This document shows positions 9,067 through 18,429 of a stretch of DNA of 64,000 bases, piece after piece; the first letter of the stretch is position 1; each line of letters opens with the position of its first letter. The stretch comes from Candidatus Nomurabacteria bacterium. Lineage in GTDB: Bacteria; Patescibacteriota; Minisyncoccia; Phycocordibacterales; UBA9973. The stretch lies in assembly GCA_026395955.1 (NCBI GenBank), contig JAPLXR010000004.1, positions 3,883 through 67,882 on the forward strand, read 5' to 3'. The notes beneath the pieces are model-generated. The model was not told the origin of the DNA. It made no database searches and was given only the letters and a program-made list of their open reading frames with translations. The position numbers and the translations under genes are program-made.

Positions 9067-11745
9067 ATTAATACTAAAATCTTCTCTTTCTTTTGTGAGA
9101 TTTATATTATAATAAGTATCTTTTTCAATTACTTCTTTCCATTTATTTTCCATATAATTTCTTTCAAATAAAACTCTTTTATATTTTTCTGGATTTTTAA
9201 ATTTTAAATCTTCATCAAATCCACGACTCAATGATTCATAATGATATAAAATAGAATAAGGTGTATAAACTATTAAATAATTTTTCTGTCTTAATTTTAA
9301 ACAAAAATCTACATCATTATAAGCTATAGGTAAATTAACTTCATCGAAACCACCAACCTCCAAAAAAAGACTTTTTTTAGTCAACAAACAAGCACCAGTA
9401 ACAGCACTATAATTTCTAATAACATCTAAAAAACCAGCATAACCATGAGAATTTAAATTATATTTCTTGAATGGATGACTAGCTATACCTAAACCCAGGA
9501 CTACACCAGCATGCTGAATAGTATCATTAAAATACAATAATTTTGCACCCACAGCTCCAACTTCTTTTCTCTGTATATGTTCCAACATAGAACTAAGCCA
9601 TTCGCCTTCTATTACTTCTGTATCGTTATTTAGAAATAAAATATATTCACTCTTCACAAAATTAACAGCAAAATTATTTATAGCCGAAAAATTAAATTCT
9701 TTTTCATATTTTAAAATATTTATATTTTCAATTTTATTCAAACTTTCTAAATAAGAAGAAGTTTCTTTTTCTTTACTATTGTTATCAACTAAGATAACTT
9801 CATAATTTTTATACGAAGTTATTTCTAAAATACTAGAAACACAATTTTTTAAAACTTGTACTTCATCTCTAAATGGAATAATTATAGAAACTTTTGGATT
9901 ACCAAGGATTTCTCTTTTACCTCTATAACTACCTTTAAATTTACCATACGAGAAATCCCCCCTTATATTATTTCTCTCAAAATATTCATTTAATGCTTTT
10001 TTTGCAGCTTCATTTGCGTATGATTTTGCATTAATACTGCCTGCAGTAGAACCTACTACTTTTCTCCAATGATATAAGATTTTTGATATATGAAAAATCT
10101 TACTAGAATTTGTTTTTTCTATAAACCTCAATACCAAATCATAATCTTGTGAACCTTCAAAGCCTTTACGAAAGCCACCAATATTATCAATAATTGATTT
10201 TCGATATAAACTCAAATGACAGGTGTACATTTCTGAAAGTAATAAATCGATAGACCAGTCAGGTTTGAAAAATGGATCACTTCTCTTGCCATTTAATTCT
10301 AATTTATCTTCGTCACTATATATAAAATCTATATCTTTATTTATATTTAAAACTTTTATATTTTCATAAAAAGCATTCAGAGACAATTCATCATCATTGT
10401 CTAAGAGAGCAATAAATTCACCCGTTGCTATTTTTAAGGCTTCATTTGAAGCCAAAGAAATGTTTTTATTTTCTTTACCAAAAAGTATTTTAATCCTAGG
10501 GTCAAAATCTTCCCATTTTTTTAAGCATTTTAAAGTATCTTTATTTGTAGAAGCATCATCATATAAACATAATTCCCAATTTTCATAATATTGATTCAAA
10601 ACTGAATTAATACATTTATCCAACCATCTTGGTTCAACATTATAAACAGGAGTAATTATAGAAATTTTTGGTCTATAATTTAAATTATTAATTTCTTTTT
10701 TTATTTCAGAAATATTTAAATTTTCATTATTATAAATCCAGATATCATAATCTTTATTAGAAATATTTTTTTTTGAACGAAAAATACTTTTTAATTTTTC
10801 ATATATTTCTTTCATTTTCCAAAATTTGGAAGCTTTCATAAAAGCTATTTCTTGGTTTTTTGAATTAATTATTTTGTGAAGATTTTTATTTTCTTGTTCT
10901 TTTATTTTTAATAATTCATTTAACTTTAAATGATCAATATTACTATTTAAATTAGTATCAATAATCTTATCTATTACAACTTCTTGAACTAAAGAATTTA
11001 TTTTTTTATATTCATCAACAACTTCTTTAGCAACACCAATCTTCTTAATCTCACCATTTTCTAAAATCATAGCGCGATCACAATAACGTTCTATGCTTGC
11101 TATATCATGACTGACCAAAATAACTGTTTTACCACTTGCTTTATATTTCTCAAATTCATTTATACATTTTATTTGAAAATTAGCATCTCCTACTGCAAGA
11201 ACTTCATCCATTAAAAGGATTTCTCTATTTGCATGGATAGCCACAGAAAAAGCCAAACGAACCTGCATACCAGAAGAATATTTTTTTATTTTCTGATCTA
11301 TAAAACGTTCCAATTCTGAAAAAGCTACTATTGAATCGAATTTTTCATCTATTTCTTTTTTGCATAAACCAAGGACAGTAGCGTTTAAATATATATTATC
11401 TCGACCAGAAAGTTCTGGATTGAAACCTATACCAAGTTCTAAAAATGGAGACACTAAACCATTTATTTCCAAAAAACCATTATCTAAACTATAAACACCA
11501 GCCAATATTTTTAAAAGGGTTGATTTACCACTACCATTCCTACCGAGTATACCGAAGAACTCTCCTTTCTTAACCTCAAAAGAAACATCTTTTAATGCAT
11601 AAAAGGAGTCGTAAGTTTTTTTATTAAATAAATTAATAAAAGCACTCTTTAAGGTATTTACTCTCTCATGTGGAATAATAAATTCTTTTGAAATATTTTT
11701 TACACAAATTGCATTTTTATTTTTTTGTTCATTTTCTTTACTCAT
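9058..11745 (-). CDS. fusion protein: Wzt/TagH-like polysaccharide-export ABC ATPase + coiled-coil linker + two GT2 glycosyltransferase domains
   Basis: 895 aa. N-terminus has GRNGSGKSTLLKILAG, YSSGMQVRLAFS and LLMDEVLAVGD (ABC ATPase). Residues ~350-600 show ISIITPVYNVEPRWL...LCLYDDAST...LDNDDEL (GT2). Residues ~640-880 show VSIIIPFRDE...EVILVDNNS...LNNDTEV (second GT2). Confidence 0.8.
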   Translation of the reverse strand: MSKENEQKNKNAICVKNISKEFIIPHERVNTLKSAFINLFNKKTYDSFYALKDVSFEVKKGEFFGILGRNGSGKSTLLKILAGVYSLDNGFLEINGLVSPFLELGIGFNPELSGRDNIYLNATVLGLCKKEIDEKFDSIVAFSELERFIDQKIKKYSSGMQVRLAFSVAIHANREILLMDEVLAVGDANFQIKCINEFEKYKASGKTVILVSHDIASIERYCDRAMILENGEIKKIGVAKEVVDEYKKINSLVQEVVIDKIIDTNLNSNIDHLKLNELLKIKEQENKNLHKIINSKNQEIAFMKASKFWKMKEIYEKLKSIFRSKKNISNKDYDIWIYNNENLNISEIKKEINNLNYRPKISIITPVYNVEPRWLDKCINSVLNQYYENWELCLYDDASTNKDTLKCLKKWEDFDPRIKILFGKENKNISLASNEALKIATGEFIALLDNDDELSLNAFYENIKVLNINKDIDFIYSDEDKLELNGKRSDPFFKPDWSIDLLLSEMYTCHLSLYRKSIIDNIGGFRKGFEGSQDYDLVLRFIEKTNSSKIFHISKILYHWRKVVGSTAGSINAKSYANEAAKKALNEYFERNNIRGDFSYGKFKGSYRGKREILGNPKVSIIIPFRDEVQVLKNCVSSILEITSYKNYEVILVDNNSKEKETSSYLESLNKIENINILKYEKEFNFSAINNFAVNFVKSEYILFLNNDTEVIEGEWLSSMLEHIQRKEVGAVGAKLLYFNDTIQHAGVVLGLGIASHPFKKYNLNSHGYAGFLDVIRNYSAVTGACLLTKKSLFLEVGGFDEVNLPIAYNDVDFCLKLRQKNYLIVYTPYSILYHYESLSRGFDEDLKFKNPEKYKRVLFERNYMENKWKEVIEKDTYYNINLTKEREDFSINLK

Positions 11746-12521
11746 ATAATTTCAGCTACTTTTTTCTCATATTTTTTAAATATAAAAAATGACAAGATAA
11801 ATACAAACACAATACTAAAAAATAAAATACTAAAATTATAAAATCCAGTAAAATTATTTGATATCAAACCTTGCTTTGAAAAATGAATTATAAAAGCCAA
11901 AGGATTTAATAATAAAATTTTCTGAGCATATATTGGCATTATTGATAGTGGATATACTATTGGTGAAGCATACATCAAAATAGAAAGTAGTACTTCCCAA
12001 ATATTAGACAAGTCACGAAAGCGAACAAAGAGTGGAGCTGTAACAAAAGAAAAGGCTACGATTAAAAGGTACAAAAGTATTGAATAAATTAAAAACATTA
12101 TAATACCTAAAAAGCTAGGCATTTTATCATAAATAAAAAAGAAAAAAGTTAGAACAATTAGATTCATTCCAAAAACAAAAAGAGAGTTAATAGTAGACCC
12201 TAAAACTATCGTCCACCTAGGAACGTAAGTTTTTGTAACAAGTTGAGCTTTTAAAACCAATGACATCATGCCGGCCATAGTACCTTCGGCAAAAAACTGA
12301 AACATTAACAATGCTGTCATTAACTCTAGAGGATAGTATGGATTAGTTGAATTCCTCATTCCGAAAATATTTGAAAAAACAAAATTCAAAACTGAAAACA
12401 TTAAAAGTGGTTTGAGTATAACCCAAACGTATCCCAAAGTACTACCATGATAACGTAATTTGAAATCCGTCTTAGCTAAACGTAAAACTAATTCTCTGTA
12501 ATTTTCATGTTTTTTTATCAT
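11742..12521 (-). CDS. ABC-2 type polysaccharide export permease (Wzm/TagG-like)
   Basis: 259 aa, 6 TM helices. Directly upstream of, and overlapping, the Wzt-like ATPase gene. Confidence 0.8.
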   Translation of the reverse strand: MIKKHENYRELVLRLAKTDFKLRYHGSTLGYVWVILKPLLMFSVLNFVFSNIFGMRNSTNPYYPLELMTALLMFQFFAEGTMAGMMSLVLKAQLVTKTYVPRWTIVLGSTINSLFVFGMNLIVLTFFFFIYDKMPSFLGIIMFLIYSILLYLLIVAFSFVTAPLFVRFRDLSNIWEVLLSILMYASPIVYPLSIMPIYAQKILLLNPLAFIIHFSKQGLISNNFTGFYNFSILFFSIVFVFILSFFIFKKYEKKVAEII

Positions 12522-12535
12522 AAATAATCCTTTAA

Positions 12536-14521
12536 TTATAACATAATACCATTATTTTTCAGTCTTAAAATAACTTTATTATAATTTGCAACGTCTTTAT
12601 TTTGATTAAAATATTTTATAAAACTTTTATAAATATCTACGTTAATTGTTTCTTGGTTTTTAAAATAAGAAACACTTAAATCAAAACTTTTTTCAAAGTA
12701 ACTAAAAGACTCATCATATTTTTGTTGATACATCAAATTAAAAGCTAAACCATAATTCACGTCTGGTCTATTTGGAGAAATATTTATAATCTTTAAAAAA
12801 GAATCTTCTCCTTTTTGTAAAAATAAAGTATCTTTCAATAAATTACCTTTGATAGTATAAGCATTAGCTAAATACATTAAAGATTTTAAATTTAATTGAT
12901 CTTTTAGTGAATATTCTTCAGATGCTTTGATGGCTAAATCAAATAATTTTTTAGTTTTTTCATTTTGTATATTTCTATTATCTCCTGTAAATAAAACAAA
13001 ATCGTTTCTGATATCCATCTGTGCAACAGTAAAAGGATATAAAACAGAATTAATATTCTGCAACATTAGATTTTGACTACCATCAACACGTAAAGAATGA
13101 TATTTATGCATTTGTGCATAAGCAATCAAATCATTACTAAAATATATAAAAACTATAAACACAGTTATTATTGGTAAAAATAAAGTGGTAGCTTTTAAAT
13201 ATTTTTTATTGTCTTCAACTTTATTTTCTTTTTTATTTAAATCTACAGAAACAATAAAAGCTAGAATAATGAAAAATGATATATATGTATTGATTTGATC
13301 AAAGATAAATAAAAGATGTACAAAAAGTGCAATACCATAGAACAACAAAGCTATATTTATTAGAGAAAAATCTTTCCTTTTAAAAATATTTCTAAAACAT
13401 AAGAAATATATAGCTAAATAAGCTATTAGACCTAAAAAGCCATTCATCACTAAAACATCAAATAATTTATCATGTGCTCTATCAAATGAAACAACTTCAT
13501 AATCAAACTGTTTTATATTGAAATATCTAGCATAAGCTTGAGCAAAATTCTCTGGACCCCAACCAACTAAAAACTTTTTTAGACCATTATGTGCAGGATT
13601 TACAGCGTCTAAACTCACACCTACGTTCAATATCCTCGTTTGTAGAGTCGTATCATTCGAAGTCATAACCGCTACCCTAGAAAAACCAGGAACCTTTTGC
13701 CAGAAAACATTTGAACGAGTAACAATGAAAATAAGAGAAAAAGAGAAAATAATACCTAACAATATCAGAGAGATTCTACTTAAATTGTACTTTTTATAAG
13801 AAATACCCTTCCCTTTCAAACTACAGTAAATAAGTATCAGAATAATACCAATAGCGAGACCCAGTATTGAGCCTCTAGTGCCAGTAACAAATATACCCAA
13901 GATTGATAATAAAAATACTTTTACAGAAAAGTATTTCCATAATCTATTTTTTTCTTCACTAAACACAACCAATGAACAAAAAATAGCAAAGAGTAAATAT
14001 CCAGCTAGAAATGTCGGGTTACTAAAAAAAGACCCAGGTCTAGCTACACCATTAAAATATTGGAAAAATTCCCTTATTAACAAAAAGAAGGAAGTAAAAA
14101 GACTTATTTTGAAAAACCATAAATAATCTTCTTTTTCAAAAATTAAAACAGAAAATACGAAGAAAAAAAAGATATAAGCTAGTCCCACGAAGCCTTCTGC
14201 ACGCTCTATATTGCCCCAGAAAGCTGTGTATTTATCTACAGCAAGAAAAGTACTAATAGTATATATGAAGAAGAATACCAATACAGATACAATCAAAGGC
14301 TTCTTTGTGAGTCTTTTTATTTTTTCGACAATTTCTGTTTTAAAGATCTTATCAGTAAAAAAATTAGTTAAAAATAATATACTAATCAAAAAAATCAAAC
14401 TTCTAAAGAAAAAACTTTCCCCTGTTATGTAAGGGTAAAAAACATTATTATCTACTATAAGTGGAGTAAGTGCAGTTAAACAGAGTAAAATCTTTATTAT
14501 CTTCTTCATATTATTTATCAA
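12536..14521 (-). CDS. O-antigen ligase/polymerase-family (Wzy_C-like) polytopic membrane protein with C-terminal TPR-like domain
   Basis: 661 aa, more than 10 TM helices. Contains GTRGSILGLAIGIILILIY typical of the Wzy_C/O-antigen ligase core. The soluble C-terminal ~190 aa are helical-repeat rich. Confidence 0.55.
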   Translation of the reverse strand: MINNMKKIIKILLCLTALTPLIVDNNVFYPYITGESFFFRSLIFLISILFLTNFFTDKIFKTEIVEKIKRLTKKPLIVSVLVFFFIYTISTFLAVDKYTAFWGNIERAEGFVGLAYIFFFFVFSVLIFEKEDYLWFFKISLFTSFFLLIREFFQYFNGVARPGSFFSNPTFLAGYLLFAIFCSLVVFSEEKNRLWKYFSVKVFLLSILGIFVTGTRGSILGLAIGIILILIYCSLKGKGISYKKYNLSRISLILLGIIFSFSLIFIVTRSNVFWQKVPGFSRVAVMTSNDTTLQTRILNVGVSLDAVNPAHNGLKKFLVGWGPENFAQAYARYFNIKQFDYEVVSFDRAHDKLFDVLVMNGFLGLIAYLAIYFLCFRNIFKRKDFSLINIALLFYGIALFVHLLFIFDQINTYISFFIILAFIVSVDLNKKENKVEDNKKYLKATTLFLPIITVFIVFIYFSNDLIAYAQMHKYHSLRVDGSQNLMLQNINSVLYPFTVAQMDIRNDFVLFTGDNRNIQNEKTKKLFDLAIKASEEYSLKDQLNLKSLMYLANAYTIKGNLLKDTLFLQKGEDSFLKIINISPNRPDVNYGLAFNLMYQQKYDESFSYFEKSFDLSVSYFKNQETINVDIYKSFIKYFNQNKDVANYNKVILRLKNNGIML

Positions 14522-15422
14522 AAATATTTACGAGGTAATTATCTATCGTACGTTGGTCTTCATCATAAAAATATTTATTTTCTTCATGTAAACGAGTAGC
14601 CAGTGCTACTCCTACGAAACGCCAGTGCCATGGTTCAAATTTATAATATGCATTACCATCTGGATATGAAATTACGAAACCATATTTATAACCATTGTCC
14701 ACGAGCCATTTGTATTCTGGTGTATGACTGAAACCAACCAAAATACCAGATGTTTTTGAAGTAGTGAAATCAAGTGCAGTACCTAGCTGATGTTCTGAAT
14801 AACCTTGATCAGCTGAAAAAGTATTTGCTCCTGATCCATATGCGACCTTGTAAGCATCTTTCAATGTAGATTGAGTAGCAAAAGAACGATAAGCAGAAAA
14901 AGCTTTTATAGAAACTCCGTCACTATTCCCTGCATCTATTAATTCTTGCAAAAAAGGAAGTGCATCTGTTAAAAACTGATAATTCACACTTTGCTCATCT
15001 CTGTATTCAGCAGGAACCTCAGCCAAAGAAACAGGAATATAATGTTCATTCAAAAAATAAACCTTTGAATATTTCTTTAAAAGCTCTGGATCTGTCGTAC
15101 TTAATTTTTCCAAAGCTCCGACAGTATTTGTAATCTCACTGAATTGATCATTTAAAATAGAATTTTTTTGTTTTTCTTGTTCTAATACACTAGCGATACT
15201 AGACTGAGTGGATTGTGTATTATTAATCAAATCATAAATTTCTTTAATTTTTTTCTGGTTTTGATTATTAGATACAGCCATTTGAGCCTCAGATTGAGCA
15301 ATCATTTTTTCTACACCATAAAAACGGTAATTAATATATGAAATTAGGCCAAATACAGCGATACCGATAATCAAAAAACCTAGATTATTAAGGTTTAAAA
15401 ATTTGTTAAAAATAGCTTTCAT
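14511..15422 (-). CDS. membrane-anchored D-Ala-D-Ala carboxypeptidase, VanY/peptidase M15B-like
   Basis: 303 aa. N-terminal TM, coiled coil, C-terminal domain with SEHQLGTALDF and EPWHWRFVG motifs (Zn ligands of the VanY family). Confidence 0.7.
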   Translation of the reverse strand: MKAIFNKFLNLNNLGFLIIGIAVFGLISYINYRFYGVEKMIAQSEAQMAVSNNQNQKKIKEIYDLINNTQSTQSSIASVLEQEKQKNSILNDQFSEITNTVGALEKLSTTDPELLKKYSKVYFLNEHYIPVSLAEVPAEYRDEQSVNYQFLTDALPFLQELIDAGNSDGVSIKAFSAYRSFATQSTLKDAYKVAYGSGANTFSADQGYSEHQLGTALDFTTSKTSGILVGFSHTPEYKWLVDNGYKYGFVISYPDGNAYYKFEPWHWRFVGVALATRLHEENKYFYDEDQRTIDNYLVNIFDK

Positions 15423-15445
15423 GGAGTGATTATAGCAAAATTAAA

Positions 15446-15478
15446 CAACAAAAAACACCCCGTGAGGGGTGTTTTTTG
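15446..15478. terminator. intrinsic terminator CAACAAAAAACACCCCGTGAGGGGTGTTTTTTG (copy 1 of an identical 33-nt pair)
   Basis: GC hairpin ACACCCC-GTGA-GGGGTGT flanked by an A-run and a T-run. Identical to 15851-15883. Confidence 0.6.
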
Positions 15479-15513
15479 GGTTCGGGTTTTCTTCTGTTTT
15501 AATAATATAAATA

Positions 15514-15762
15514 TTAAGATGCCAATTTTAAATCAAGTTTTTCAGCAATTTGTCTTATCCATTGATCATGTCTAGAAAGTTGATTTGAAATAGCTGCATA
15601 TTCTACTGTAAATTCACTTATTGATTTAGATAAAGAATCACTAGAGACAATGAGACCTTGAACAAGTTCTTTTAAACCTTCCAAGTCAACTTTAATCTCT
15701 TGAATATCATTCTTAGAAGCCAAGACGGAAGTTAATTTGTCTATATCTTGATCTGTTAACAT
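15514..15762 (-). CDS. small hypothetical coiled-coil protein
   Basis: 82 aa, heptad-like (LKELVQGLIV..., IRQIAEKLDLKL). No recognisable family. Confidence 0.35.
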   Translation of the reverse strand: MLTDQDIDKLTSVLASKNDIQEIKVDLEGLKELVQGLIVSSDSLSKSISEFTVEYAAISNQLSRHDQWIRQIAEKLDLKLAS

Positions 15763-15805
15763 ACAATTATTATATCAAACCGAAAAAACAGTGCAACTCC
15801 CCCGA

Positions 15806-15830
15806 ACTCGCAAGGACTGTCCTTGCGAGT
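15806..15830. promoter_or_regulatory. perfect 25-nt palindrome ACTCGCAAGGAC-T-GTCCTTGCGAGT (candidate operator or RNA hairpin)
   Basis: 12-bp arms and a 1-nt centre, GC-rich, ~45 nt upstream of the start of the 82-aa gene and 20 nt downstream of a terminator. Confidence 0.4.
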
Positions 15831-15850
15831 GGTTGGATGTTAAAATTAAC

Positions 15851-15883
15851 CAACAAAAAACACCCCGTGAGGGGTGTTTTTTG
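15851..15883. terminator. intrinsic terminator, identical copy 2 of CAACAAAAAACACCCCGTGAGGGGTGTTTTTTG
   Basis: Lies in the minus-strand 3' flank of the surface protein gene. Confidence 0.6.
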
Positions 15884-15926
15884 AATACGTTTTAAGGTGT
15901 ATTTACCAGTGCTACTCTTCTATAAA

Positions 15927-17879
15927 CTAGATAGCGTAATCAGAAAGTGTAACATCACCAGTTACGAAATCACCAAGATTTGATGAGTAGTAATTAGTAT
16001 TTGAATCATCACTTGCTGTACCCCAGTTTACTGAGTTAAGAGCTACATGGTAGAAACCATCAGAGTTTGTATGATCTGAGGCATCAAGAGCAAAGTTTAC
16101 AGTTAATGTAAATGTTCTTGAATCATTTGCGCCAACAAAGAATGCATCAACAGTATCATCTGTTGTAGCACCTGTAGCTGAAAGGATTCCAGTTGATGCT
16201 ACATATGTACCAGCTGCTGGTGCTGAATCAGTACCATTTTTGAATACACTGTAAGCATTTCCTTGTCCTGCACCTGTACCTGTACTATCTACTGTAGGCT
16301 TGTTTACATATAAATCTGTATCACCGAAATTAGATACCTTGTATTTAATAGTAAATGTACCACTATCAGGTGTTGTTGCTGGAGCTGTAGAAGAATGTAC
16401 TACAGCACCATCATTTGATGAAGAAACAAATTCTAGATTGATACCATCAGCAAAGAAGTTTTGAGTATTTCCTTGTGCTGTACCAACTCTGTTTCCTCCT
16501 GCAATAGCATCACCATTCGAATCTTCAACGTTTGAAGTTGCATAACTTACAAGCAAGTTTTCACCAGCAAGTAATGTTGCAGAAATCTTGTTAACTTTAG
16601 CGTATACATCAAAAGTTACTGTTTTTCCTGCAGCGATTTCTAAAGGATTATCAAGTGTGAATACATATGTATCATCACTAGATAATGTTTCATCGTTTGA
16701 AGCAATTTGTTCACCTAAAACCTTGATTGTAACTTCACTTGTAGCTTCAGATAATGTATCAGCTCCAGGAGTTGAAAGAGCAAGACTGATACTATTTACT
16801 GTCATTGCTGAACCAGTAGCCTTAAGTTTGAATTCATTCATCAATACACTTGTTGTAGTTGTTGAAGAAACTCTTACGTTACCAGCTGATGGCATTGAAC
16901 CTTTTGAGACTGTAAGTTTCAAATCTCCAGAAGCAAGACTATCAAAAGTTACTCCTGTATTTGTATTTGTACCATCTCTAGAAATTGAAGTAGTGTCACT
17001 CATAACCATTCCTGTTCCGTCCATCCAACGAGTTGAATCAACTGAAACAGTCCAGTCATTAGTTAAAATATCATTACTATCAATATTTGAAACTGCGGTT
17101 ATTGCTACATAGAAAGTTTGTTTATTTGAAACTCCTGCAGCTACAGTTGCACCTGTAAGTGAAATGTTTTTTGAGTAAGTTGTTCCAGATTTAACGAAAT
17201 CACTTATCAAAGCAGATCCTACTTTAGTAGAACCCATCCATACTGAAACTTCACTAGCATAACGATCGATTCTTGTTGAAGATCCATCTAGATCTGTGTT
17301 ATGGAATGAAACTTTAACATTGTTTACATTGATACTTGAACCAGCTGCTTGAGCCTTGAAAGCAAGTACTTTTGTAGCAACATCTCCTTCTTTTACTGAA
17401 CTATCAGTATCAGCTGTTGTAGCTGTGATTGTAAGATCACCTGCTGCACCTGAAAGAGAACCTGTTGTTGTTGTTCCTGGGTTAGCTGTACATGTGAATC
17501 CTGCTGGACAAGTAGCAGCAACAACTGGTGTTGTTGAAGTACATGTGAATCCTGCTGGACAAGTAGCTGAAGCTACTGGAGCTGCAGTACCTGCTAATGA
17601 AGCACGTGTAAGTGGACCTACGAATCCTGTTGAAGGGATACCGTGAGCTGTTTGGTAAGCTTTAACAGCAGCTAATGTGATATTTCCGAAATATCCTGTA
17701 GCTGGAGTAACAGCTAATTTTGTTTGAAGACAAGTAACGTCTGCTCCAGACATTGTTTGCTTTAAGTCCATTGAGATTGAACAATCAGCTGATGCCTTTG
17801 TACTTTTGAAAGTAACACCGACAACAACTAATGTAACAATCATTAAACCAAAAGCGATTGATTTTAATAATTTATTCAT
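15927..17879 (-). CDS. secreted/cell-surface protein with peptidoglycan-binding domain, Cys-containing tandem repeats and a long Thr/Ser/Gly-rich beta-rich region
   Basis: 650 aa. Signal-anchor MNKLLKSIAFGLMIVTLVVVGV. PG_binding_1-like segment LQTKLAV...GYFGNITLAAVKAYQTAHGIPSTGFVGPLT. Duplicated ATCPAGFTCT units, encoded by a 51-bp tandem repeat at ~17492-17571. Confidence 0.55.
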   Translation of the reverse strand: MNKLLKSIAFGLMIVTLVVVGVTFKSTKASADCSISMDLKQTMSGADVTCLQTKLAVTPATGYFGNITLAAVKAYQTAHGIPSTGFVGPLTRASLAGTAAPVASATCPAGFTCTSTTPVVAATCPAGFTCTANPGTTTTGSLSGAAGDLTITATTADTDSSVKEGDVATKVLAFKAQAAGSSINVNNVKVSFHNTDLDGSSTRIDRYASEVSVWMGSTKVGSALISDFVKSGTTYSKNISLTGATVAAGVSNKQTFYVAITAVSNIDSNDILTNDWTVSVDSTRWMDGTGMVMSDTTSISRDGTNTNTGVTFDSLASGDLKLTVSKGSMPSAGNVRVSSTTTTSVLMNEFKLKATGSAMTVNSISLALSTPGADTLSEATSEVTIKVLGEQIASNDETLSSDDTYVFTLDNPLEIAAGKTVTFDVYAKVNKISATLLAGENLLVSYATSNVEDSNGDAIAGGNRVGTAQGNTQNFFADGINLEFVSSSNDGAVVHSSTAPATTPDSGTFTIKYKVSNFGDTDLYVNKPTVDSTGTGAGQGNAYSVFKNGTDSAPAAGTYVASTGILSATGATTDDTVDAFFVGANDSRTFTLTVNFALDASDHTNSDGFYHVALNSVNWGTASDDSNTNYYSSNLGDFVTGDVTLSDYAI

Positions 17880-18429
17880 AAAGTTATCTAATATCCCTAC
17901 ATCTGGTTCTTTATTTTTAATTTATAAAAATTAATAATGTAATAAAAAATTCAGAGTAAGTTTTTGTACGCCATTAATTAGTTTCGACAAAACCAAGGAC
18001 GTACATTTTTTCTATCACTTTTACTTGTTCCCTTTTTAATGGAATAAGGAAAAGTGGACAGATATAAACTAATCGAAAAACAATAAACTAAATCCAACAG
18101 AATTAAATTCTGTGAGATTTTTTTATTTATTTTTCAATGACCTTTCATTTCATTTATCTTGATATTCTTTCGACAAAATCTCAAAACAAATGATCGTAAG
18201 TGTATCAAAGTAATACGTAAAAATACGTGATACTCTGACACAATACTATTATAATACTCGACTGTATAAACAGCAAATATTATATGTGGATAACTAAGGC
18301 TTTTTGGCCAAAATCACCACTCCTATAGTATCGCATATTTTAAGCAAAAATGCAACTATGAGGAGTCAATATATATGACGAGATAGATGAGAAATTCTTA
18401 CAAAATTTTAAGACAGTTTCAAGGACATT

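Noticed and set aside
17480-17580. Tandem 51-bp DNA repeat considered as a possible CRISPR-like or satellite array
   Set aside because: Only two units, in frame inside a CDS, encoding the duplicated ATCPAGFTCT peptide repeat. No spacer/repeat alternation, and no other CRISPR-like arrays or cas genes were seen anywhere in the window.
16588-17646. Plus-strand ORFs 16588-17112 and 17356-17646 antisense to the 650-aa surface protein gene
   Set aside because: Antisense to a gene with signal peptide and PG-binding domain. Their translations are Val/Ala/Thr-rich mirror images of the sense Thr/Ser/Gly-rich frame.
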